This document shows positions 41,401 to 51,752 of a stretch of DNA of 64,000 nucleotides, piece after piece. Under the pieces are notes generated by a model. The model had not been told where the DNA came from, made no database searches, and was given only the letters and a program-made list of their open reading frames with translations. Position numbers and translations under genes: made by a program. Every line of letters starts with the position of its first letter. The stretch's first letter is position 1. The DNA lies in contig NW_003314279.1 of assembly GCF_000143415.4 (NCBI RefSeq), forward strand, positions 1,633,476 to 1,697,475. Reading direction: 5' to 3'. The DNA is from Selaginella moellendorffii. Taxonomy: Eukaryota > Plantae > Lycopodiophyta.

Positions 41401-44055
41401 TGTACTCGACAACGCATTTGCCCTTGGAGTCACCCGCTATTGCATTGAAGACCCAGCTGAGCATTTTCCATGCTGCACCTGGAGCTTTCTTTGGATTCGA
41501 AAGCTCCATAGCTGTCTTCAGTTCCTCAGGCATGGGTAAATTGACCTCCCTCAGATCAATTCAATCGGCCTTGTTGAACGAAGCTGGGAAGTCACTCCAG
41601 TCCCACTCTGCTGCAGGACCAATAACAAGAGCGAGTGTGAAGATGCGGACATTCGTCGGTATCTTCTTCTTAGCCATTATCCCATGGATCTCCTGCATCT
41701 CCTTGCCTTTCAACCGAGCCTTCACCTCGTTCAAGGCCTTCCAGAACTTGTGATAGGATTCGGAGTCGTAGATCATATAGTGGACTGAAGATTCCACCTC
41801 CGCAAGTCCCACCATTAAGTCAATGATGGAGCTGACTTCGTCTGCATGAGTGATCTCCTTGTTTGTGAAGTCCATCACACAAAAGATGTTCTTGACCTGC
41901 TCATCTCCGCGGGAAACGATGCTCCTCCACCTTTGATCCTCATCCGAATTCACGTATACCCGGTAAGGTTCTCGATAGGCCTCTGCTGCGGGGTCGAACT
42001 GTTTCTGAAGCTGGCGGTCGACATCCCTCTTAATGAAATTTGGATACTGATCCAACTTCTCAGCTTTACTTTTCGTGGCATCCCGCAGCAGATCGATGAA
42101 CTTGGGGGCCCCCTTCACGTCCTCGTCGATGTCTTCATTTGACAACTCCAGCTCTTCCATCATCTCTTGCGTGGTGTCGATGCTCACCCTCTCCATGGCC
42201 ACTTGCTCGAAGATCCAATCCTTCAATAGCGCACGAGCTCTCAGAGTCGTGCACAAGTCCTCGTATGTCACAATATGGCCGGGAGTCATTTTGGTCTTGT
42301 TGAAGACTACCTCACCACGTAGAAGAGCATTAGCCACTGTCAGAAGGTCGTCGTCGTCTAGAGACCGCGAGAAACGCAAGGCGTTGAGCTTCAAATCATT
42401 GGGCTTCCGGCCGTCCTCCACACCCATTGAGTTTAGCAACTCCCCGTCATGGTACCTCCTCAGCACATCTACCCATTTGTCAAAAACAACTTTTGTCGCG
42501 AGTAGAATGTTATGGATGCTGAGTGTGTCATTGACCCCCAATGTTTTCGAGAGAAGACTCGAGAATTCCTGCAATGGAAATGGCGTGAGGCCACATGCTA
42601 TGCCACATGCTATGCCACATGCAACAAGGCTTACCTGCCAGGCGCTAGTTGCTAGTGCACGTCCTTGTCCTGGTTTTTGTGGCTTCTTCAGTTGAACCCA
42701 GAGCTTCCATGTTCGTGCCAATGTCTCGTGCAGACCCGATTTGTAGCACGTTTCTTGCTTGACATTCTGCGCGTGGGAGATGTATATGATAGATTGGAGG
42801 GGCGAGTTGCCTTTTATCAGGCGGACAACTCTTGTCTTGAAGACTTTCTTCACCTCCTCGCCCACCATAATATCCACAACTATCTGTTGCATTGCCAAGC
42901 TAGAATGCTGCCTGGAGACGGCATAGAACCGGATGTTCTGATCGTCCAACACCTTCCTACTGATCAAGTCTGGAAACCTCGTCTCGCCCTTCATTGTTCA
43001 GTAGTAGGGGATCACGTCTGCGATGTCGGGTGTTACTGGACTTGCCAGCATCTTTTGCTTCAGTTTCTCCACCCACTCATCAGATACTAGCCTGTGGTTG
43101 TATTTGCTTTGGATGTCGATACGGCTCACGTCGATTGTATATACTTTGTTGGAATAGTAACAAGTACTATTATCTGCGACGATTTTTGGTGCCTCTTCTT
43201 GCTCTTTCTGCTCTTTGCGGCTCTTCTTTTTGGTGGGTGTAGTGTTCGAACCCGAGGCAATGGCATCACCGAGTAGCTTCTTTTTTGGAGCAGCAGAGTC
43301 GGACGTCGGCTTGAGCTTGACCACCCTTTTCTGCTTCGGGGTAGTTTCTAGATCGACCCCCTTCCCCTTCGCTTCGCAAACTGGAGGCACTCTCAACGGC
43401 TTAATGTTGGAATATAGTTTTTGAACATCGCCGTAGGTGAGGTCCGTGGATTCCATGTGATCTTCATAGACCCGCAGCGTCTTTGAAATTGTGGGCCTCC
43501 TGGACAACCTCTCCCTAGCTCCCTCTAGGAATTCCTCATAGCCGCTGCCCCCCTCCGGGAAGCCGCTAGGATGTGCAAGGTGGATCTTGAAGGCGGACGC
43601 TGTCTCTACCACAAGTGCCAGTCCATATTCTTGCATGGAACTGCATGGAGTGTCTGTCACTTGGATGAGGATCCCCATGCATTCTTTTCTCCCACCATCT
43701 GTGTTGTACAGCATCAGATCCTCGCCTTCCATCCCGAAAGTCTAACTGGTGAGCTCCTCCCCCTTCTCTGCATCCACATTGACAGTGGCTGGAAGAAGAA
43801 CGCAATTCCTCGCCTGTTCAGAAATGCACAACAATTAGAGCTGACAGATGAAAAGCTAGCAGCTGGAAATAACGTGAGGCCACACGCCATTCACCACTGC
43901 ATCAGATGTCTTGAGGCTGCATCCTAAGATGGCGTGAGGCTACACGCCATCTGTAACCAGATTGCACTCGAGAGCCCAATCGGTGCATGCCAATGTTGCT
44001 ACTGAATGGCATGTGGCCTCATGCCATTTTCTACTTGGCCTAAAAGACTTACCAT
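38449..44055 (-). pseudogene. Transposon-borne multi-exon gene: ParB-like + methyltransferase-like + acidic linker + FCP1/NIF HAD phosphatase-like
   Basis: ORFs 43732-42998, 42994-41561 and 41533-41243 share one frame separated by single stops. Downstream exons join through compatible phase-1 GT-AG introns to ORF 39333-38449 (VFYLNGVL, GVWTS, LLTQEDC, ILIIDDSPIK). Domain calls were made by eye from motifs. Confidence 0.65.
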
Positions 44056-44269
44056 TTGAAGCCGAATGGAGGCCGTGACAATCGAGGCCGGACTCGCTGG
44101 CGAATGTGCACTGTGTGTGTAGCGGATCGTAGCAGCAAGGCTACTCTGCCACTTACAGTTGGAGAGTGGCGCTGAAATCTCCCGGGACGCCAAGTGGGCT
44201 GCGTGTGGGTGGCGGAGTGGGCGGCAAAGTTGGCGGCGAAGTTACAAACTGGGTGTGTCTTGAAGTGGA

Positions 44270-44510
44270 CGCAGATGCACACGAGCACGATGCGAGCGCG
44301 AGTGTGATGCAAGCGCGAGTGGACGCCGATGCATACGAGCGCGATGCGAGCGCGAGTGTGATGCAAGCGCGAGTGGACGCCGATGCACACAAGAAACCTG
44401 TAGAAAAGGTAGATGAGCGCGAATGTGAGCGTGATCGTGAGTGGGAGCGCGATGCGAGCGCAAGCGCGAGTGTGATGTGAGCGCGAGCGCGAGTGTGCGA
44501 GCGCGAGTAC
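44270..44510. repeat. CpG-rich tandem repeats (about 54-bp unit, GCGAGC/GTGTGA-based) upstream of the cargo gene
   Basis: GATGCGAGCGCGAGTGTGATGCAAGCGCGAGTGGACGCCGATGCA occurs twice, plus degenerate units. Confidence 0.8.
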
Positions 44511-45723
44511 AAAGCAAAATGCAAAACCTAACCTCACACGCGCGAAATGTCACAACGGTTGGTAATCCCGCCACATCATCATTCCTCGGACTTGGGTGCC
44601 ACCATTAATTTCTGGATTGCCACACGCATGCAAGCACGTAAAATCCAAAAGAAATCCGCAACGTCATCATTCCTCGGACTGCATGCACGCGAAATCCAAA
44701 AGAAAGATCATGATTGGGATATCATTTAATACCCTCGCTATATTTATACCATGCATGATTGGATATTCTAAAGCATCTTGTATTTCCAAAAATGCCAGAT
44801 GTTCAGCTAAATAAAGAAATTCTATCTGTTTCTATTTTTCTCTTAAATCAATATTATAGCGTGTGGGCTCATGCAATTTTGAACCAAAGAAACCCAAAAA
44901 ACGTTGGACCCAAAATATTTTGAAAAAACCCAAAAAACCCTAAACATTTTAAACCAAAAAATCCAGGCATCCTGTGGCATTATTCCTTGAATGGCGTGTG
45001 GGCGCATGCCATTTTCAGGGCCAAATGCTGAATGGAGAAAAATTCCCTTTCAGTGCAAATGCTGCAAGAGGCAGATGCCGAGCACAAAGGACTGTAACTA
45101 CCTCATATGACACAAATAAACTTTTCTCTATTTGGCAAAGATAAACTTTATAGCGTGTGGGCTCATGCAATTTTGAACCCAAAAAATGCACCAAAAAATT
45201 CTCGGCGTCATCTGGCGTTATCTCTTGAATGGCGTGGGGCCGCATGCCATTTTCAGGGGCACATAGGAGTATATTTCTAAAATATTCTGATATGCCCGAG
45301 ATTTTTTTGAGTTTTCTGGAGATCCAACCGTTAGATCGCAACTAGATTTTACAGAATGGTATACAATGTCTTTCTTGATGACCCTGCAAAGAAGCATCTC
45401 GATCAGACACCACATGAGACCACACGAGCCTTACAATGTTTCAGGGGCATTTGCCATAGATCCGACCGTTATTTTGCTCCAAGATTTTACAGTTTGGTGT
45501 GCATTGACCTTTCCATCGACACTGCAAAGGAACATCACAATCAGATGTGGGATCACAAAAAACTAACTTCACTAACTCTGGTTTCACCAAGATCTACGTA
45601 ATGAGTTATGAAATGAAAGGACCCTCTCTATTGAAATGTGTTTATGGTCCTAGGGGCATTATGACATATCAAAGGATTTTGCATCAAGTTCTGTATTTGC
45701 ATGTTTATCAAGCTACTGAATTG

Positions 45724-45750
45724 CTAAACCCTAAACCCTAAACCCTAAAC
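45724..45750 (+). repeat. Short interstitial plant telomere repeat (CCCTAAA)n / telo-box
   Basis: CTAAACCCTAAACCCTAAACCCTAAAC. Confidence 0.8.
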
Positions 45751-47044
45751 ATGTGGCAAATGCTGCGTGAAGAAAGATGCCCTTTCTGGGCAAATGCTGT
45801 AAGAGGCAGATGCCGAGCAGATGTATCTCAGGCTAGCGAAGGGGACAAACAAAAGCTAGCTATAAACATGACAGGATGCAAATAGATTACTAGGCTGGTC
45901 CTACGAAAATCAAAAACCATAATTAAAAACATTGAAAATGCAAAAAGAAAGGTTTATAATATTTTTGAATTTTAAGCAACCAAAGGAATGTAAGTAGGGC
46001 ATGTGTTTGTAAGTTTAAAAATGCCTCAACCACTTAAATTCCCAAGTAAATAAAGCTGTTTCTATTTTTGGTACAGGTAAACTTTATAGCGTGTGGGCTC
46101 ATGCAATTTTGAACCCAAAAATGCACCAAAAAATGCTCGACTAGCATTATTCTTTGAATGGCGTGTGGCCTTATATTGCCATAAATGGACGTACACACAC
46201 AGCATAATTATTCCTTTACACGGCAAATAATCTTGGCGCGGATCGTTGACATGGCATAGCAAAGTTCGAATCACTGACATGGCACAGCTGGATTGAGGCA
46301 AGGACATGATGTGACAAAGTTCAACCTCTGACAGCAAAGTCTAGAAGCTACTCAGTTTGAAATTTGTCAGAGGAATCATAAAATCTGGTTTGTCAGAGGA
46401 TTTGATGTGACGTTCAAGCGTGTGTTATTTTTGAATTCTCGAACTCATTCCTAGGTCTATCATTTTTGTGCGCCGTGTTCTTGGTTCCGCTGAGCGCAGT
46501 GAGCGCTGCTTGTGTAAGCGGCGTTGTGGGCTGTGGTTTATGCGTCTACGAGCGGTTGCGGCATTGCGAGCGCCATTGCGAGCGGCAGTTTATGCGAGTG
46601 GCAGTTTGTGCGAGTGGCGCTACGAGCAGTTGCGGTGTTGCGAGCGGCGCTACTAGTAGTTGCGGTGTTGCGAGCGGCACTGTCTTTGGTGTGGCTACCG
46701 CTTCCTCTTGATATTCGGCACTTGTGCTTCCTGGTATGTTCACCATGGAATGGCTTAGGACCACATTTAGAAATGGCATGAGGCCACATGCCATCTTGGG
46801 CCCTTGCAATTTCATGGCTAGCATATTGTCATGTATGTTTTTACTTGCCTACAGCTGTGTGTATATCAAGATGGCATGAGGCCTCATGCCAATTTTGTGA
46901 ATGCGAAATTTCACGTGGGTGTCAATAGCATGTTTGAATAATGGCATGTGGCCTCATGCTATTGAGGTTGTTTGGTATGTTATGATTTAGGCCATTCTCC
47001 AATCATTTTTTGTATGGTCTTAACTTCTTTTCTGCACTTTCAGA

Positions 47045-50000
47045 ATGGCCTTCAGGGTTGGGGAAAAGGTTTACATTTTGAATGGTGGGAAGAGAGTTGC
47101 AAAAGGGACCCTTGTGTCTATGGATCGGAACTTTGTTATACACTGTCAAAGGCTTGGGGAAGGCAATGCTGCTGTATCAGTAGAGACTGTCTTCGATGGG
47201 AATGTGGTCGCTATTGAACGAGGAGAGATGGTTGTCGGGGTAAATGTTGTTGTTGCCTTGAAAAATCTTCAGAAGAAAGCAGATGTTGGGGACAGCGCAA
47301 GTGCGACGCATGTTCCCTCCGTGGATCTTAAGAACCGTGCTACATGGATTCAGGCGAAGGTGTTTCTAAACAACCCCGAGGGGGAGGTGGTAGCTGAGGG
47401 CTTAGCCACAGTTGTCAATCCAAGAGATGCGGTTGCTAATCAAGAATTGGGCTGGGATGATATTGGAGTTGCGATTTTAGAGGTTGTTGACACAGAAAAA
47501 AACAGTCTGACCATTGGAAGCATTGTGCGGTGGAAATTGAGGCACTTAGTGTTTGAGAATGTGAAAGATTCAAAATCAAACACCACTACAACTGATGACA
47601 GAACATCTCTTCATGGGAAAAGAAAGTACACCTTCCTAAAGCGCAGCCAAAGGGATCTGAGCAACGAACCGAAAAGGCAGAAAATGGCGATGGAGGTTCG
47701 AATGGTCTCGACAGTTGCTTGTTGCAAGAGGAGGTGCTGTCAACATGCTGATTGGGATGCTATTGAAGAGGAGAGAGCAAGATACAAGACATTGTCCTGG
47801 AAGGCAGCTCGCAATTTTGTGTATGAGGCATTACGGTCATCTGTTGATGCTTCAGAACATCAGGTGGGGGGCATGGTCTTCCAGAGGGGTTTGGTCTGCA
47901 TGAAGGGATGGAGAATCATTTATGGAGTCCCTCGAACCACATTCTACAGAATCAAAACTGAGTTTGAGGAACAAAGGGTTCAACAGGCAGTCCATGGGAA
48001 TGACGGTACGCACAAAACCAGGGGTCATGTTGTATATGGAGAAGCAATCTTCAAGAGGTTTGTTGAGACATGTAGCGAGCAGCAACCACATAAAACCCGC
48101 CTCTTGGAAGATGGAACACGAGACACCCAACGAGTTCTCCCTTCTATGTATACCAAGGGGGCCATATTGGAAGATGTGAATCGGGAACTCCAGAGTAATG
48201 GCTACAGGAAGCTGAGCCAATCTAGATTTAGTAGATTGTGGAGCAACAGGTTCAGGGATGTGAGTATAGGAAAGTACTCCAGCTTTTCAAAGTGTGACGA
48301 GTGCACTACTATCAAAGAATCGAAGAACTACTATCGAAGAATTCTTGCAGCGCTCAAGAGCGAGAGACGTTGGTTAGAAGGCGGCTCGACCACAACATCG
48401 AGTAGAGAAGCTGCAGGACTGCATATTATCATAACAGGATTCTCTCCATGGAGAGACCTGACTCTTACCTCTGCATCATCCACGACAAAATGGACCAGAA
48501 AAAGACATGCTTACCTCGACTCAATCCTGCCCCCAAGGCAATCTCTTCATCCATGCAGCTGCCTGTGTCTCTGTTTGGCATAATCGCTCATGGGCATGGT
48601 GCCCAGAACTATGGGAACTTCTTTGTACCTCTATGGGGTGGCGGGGGTGCAAACATGATGATTGCGTCCCTAGCAAAACACTTAAGGTCTTTGCAAAGTG
48701 CGCAGACTGAGCTGAACGGCCAACCCTTGCATAAGGCCCTTGTCGATCGAACCCCATACAGGGTTCAGCTGGAGGAGGAGCAAAGGCTTGCAGTATCACG
48801 TGGGGCCCCATGCCATCCCAGTGAATATGTTGGCCGTCAGATTGTAGGGTTATCACGTGAGGCCTCATGCCATTCCGACGAGGCTGGTCGCCCGGTGAAT
48901 GCACAGCCTCATCCAAACGAAGCAGAATCTCAAGGAAGTTCTTGCGGCCGATGTGGCCTTCCACCCCATCTTCTGCTCCAAACAGACAATGCTGGCAGTG
49001 AGAACAAAAACATGTACGTCTTCGCGTACTTGGCGATGCTTGTTGCCAAAGGCATATTTGAAACGGTTACACTTGGCTTTCTCATGGTTGGGCACACTCA
49101 TGAAGACGTCGATGCCATGTTCAGTCACCTGGCAGAGTCCCTCCGGCGATCCAATGTCCTCACCCTCCCACAACTCTACGATGAATTCCAAAATTGCATC
49201 AAAGGCACTGTTGAAGCTGCACTTTTGACAGAGGTTCCAGACTTTAAGGGGTTTGTAAGAGGCTATATCAGGGACGGATCCGAAACGCTGATTGGCCACT
49301 CCAAGCCTCTTCAGTTTCATTTCAGCATGTGTGACGGTGCTCCAGTGATGAGGTACAAGATGAGAGAATAGGACACAGTGTGGCTGCCAGTGGACGGCAT
49401 TGAACTCTTCAAGAGAGATCCCATAACTGAGGAATCTATGATTCCTCAGGGTTCCCCACGGCCGATGCACCCGGATGGACTCAAAGACCAGGAAAGTATA
49501 GTGGCCGGGATTAGACAGCATATTGCCTTCTGGAAGAGGGGGTTGGTGTTTGGTGGAGAATCCTATTTTCAGAGGTCCAAGCCTTTGCTCGAATACTGGG
49601 AGAAGATTATATCTGCTATCCAAAATGGGCCGGTTGTATATGAAGAATTGGAAGAGTCCTTTTGGCCAGAACCCAGAGCACCAGATAGTAGCGGAACAAT
49701 GTCCTCTGGAAATGCAGTGACAGATAACGATGTTGAGGATCACTATTGTGGGCCGAGGAACAAGAAGCCGGATTCAGCATTCAATCCAGTACAGGTCTGC
49801 AAAGGAATGGTCGTGCTTGTCAGACCCAGTAATAAAAAACAAATGATATGGGTGGGGCGCTACATCACTGATGCAGAGGAGGATGCGGAAACTAACTCCT
49901 TCAATGTAACTGTGGAGTGGTTCAAGCCAAGTTCCAGATATACGAAGGATTGCCTAGAAAAGAGATGGGTGCTGAATCCAAGGGATCCCAGCATGAGCAT

Positions 50001-50121
50001 ATCGGTGGATAATGTTGTGCATGGTTGGATGCGGAAGCAGAGTGCCACCATCACCTTGCCAGACCATGCAAGAGATGCAGCAAGAGCATTCATAACCCGG
50101 GTTCAAGGTGAGATTCATTAA
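47045..50121 (+). pseudogene. DDD-type transposase (DUF7869 / Sola-like), disrupted
   Basis: Motifs CCKRRC, KCDEC, IIHDKMDQ, LLLQTDNAGSENKN and FLMVGHTHEDVDAMFS. Frameshift near 48320; TAG stops at 48403-48405 and 49369-49371. Confidence 0.8.
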
Positions 50122-51752
50122 TATTCCTTTACTAAGTTTCTAATGTATTTTATTTCAAGGTGAACAATCCGAATCTGAATCAGAGGAGGCGTGATGGCAT
50201 GTGGCCTTACGCCATTCCTAGGTGAGATGATACAAATAACAAGTATAAATTCTTAGTTGTTCTAGCAAATCTTACTTAAAGTTCAAGGTGAACAAGCCGA
50301 ATATGAATTCATCGGATTGTTATAACAAATTGCGAGGTGATGGTATGAGGCGATACGCCATTTGAGAGTGGTAGCCATTCCTATATGAGGTGAGTGAAAT
50401 ATTTATTAGAAATACCTCATTCAATTGTGCACTTCTAAGTCTTGGTCCACTCAATACTGTTTGCATGTTTCTATTTTAATTCTTTCTCTAAAATGTTATT
50501 TAGCATGTGGCTTCATGCCATTGCTCTCCACAATCATGCATTGAATTTTTCTATCCTTGCATAATACTTCTCCATATATATAGCATGTGCGCACATGTGA
50601 TATGGTTCATTAGGCCTGATATAGTGTGTGAGGTAAAACAAAGATGATGTGACATATGCATTTACCAATCACACGTGCATAAATCTAATAATATGGCATG
50701 TGGCCCATATTAATGGCACATAAACCCATATTGTGGGCTTACGTGCTTTATGTACCATCATTCCCTTGCAGCGTGTGTGTTGGTTTCCTTGTATAACACA
50801 ACGAACTCCATATTTTAGGGTGAAGAGCGTTCTCATGGCAAGCACAAAATCTGTAAGTGAGGCAGAAAAGGAGACAGAGAAGGAGATAGGTGAAGATGTA
50901 GAATATATAAGTCTTCCAAACTCCCCGTACTATACTCCAGGTGATCATTTTTCTGAACAAATGGCAACATTAACAACTATCGAGAACGCCCTAGTAACGT
51001 CAAAGACAACAATCCAAAGCAAAACAACTGACCCAGAGAAGGATGATAGTACCGCTGAGAGTACCAAAAAGGAGGTGTCCACTAGCGCTTAGGCTTATAA
51101 TAGCGTGTGCCCTCATGCCATTTACTTGATCACCAAATACCTTTTTCCCTTTGCATTAGTATATCTTAATACCGGTCTGAGAAATAGAATGGCATGTGCC
51201 CTCAGGCCTTTTACTAAATCACCTTTGAAAGAAATGCAAGCCTTTATGTCGTAAAAAAAAGGTACTAGAGAAATTCCTTAATAATATGAATGTTATTTAG
51301 TTTCATGAAAATACACTAAGGGTCAAATGAGTTAAATGACTTCTCCAGACTAGCAATGCCTCTTGCTACACCTTCACAATTAGATTCGTTAGAAAAAGAT
51401 AACATTGAATAATATCTAAATGTTCTCACCATTAAGTTATATGTCTGGCTAATAGGAATAACGTTCATCTTGGAAAGCTCACCATACGCTCAATGAACAA
51501 ACAAATAGTGTGTGCGCACATGCCATCGCTCTTCTTTAGCTTCAGATTCGGCTTGTTCACCTTGACAATGAGATTTATTATACAACCAGATGGACACAGT
51601 CTGGACATAAAGTCACCGCGCTAGTCACCATGCCCCAGATATGTCTAGCCCCTGGACAAAAAACATATAATTTCACGTCATTTTCAAATACTTGAAAATT
51701 TGTACCTAGTCCCATTTTACTGAATAAATCCCACTTTAACGAAATAGAGCTT

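Larger units (their letters stand above)
38393..51526. repeat. Dispersed 22-bp palindrome ATGGCRTGWGGCCWCAYGCCAT, about 25 copies
   Basis: Copies start at 38393, 40776, 40967, 41108, 42580, 43869, 43929, 44006, 44856, 44991, 45150, 45229, 46086, 46158, 46773, 46871, 46941, 48795, 48852, 50194, 50340, 50500, 50580, 50693, 51100, 51189 and 51505 (some degenerate). Confidence 0.92.
38007..51752 (+). mobile_element. 13.7 kb cut-and-paste DNA transposon (Sola-like) with 24-bp TIRs
   Basis: TIR AAGCTCTATTTCGTTAAAGTGGGA at 38007-38030 with its perfect reverse complement at 51729-51752. 4-bp TSD TCTT at 38003-38006 and 51753-51756. Removing the element restores the pol frame ENDGLAQE|VFLRNLE. Confidence 0.93.

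Noticed and set aside
50835-51092. Small acidic ORF (MASTKSVSEAEKETEKE...) as a third transposon gene
   Set aside because: Short and low-complexity with no recognisable motif; cannot be supported without transcripts.
38393-51526. Palindromic repeats as a CRISPR-like array
   Set aside because: Spacing is irregular (tens of bp to kilobases), there are no uniform spacers or cas genes, and the context is eukaryotic and intronic.
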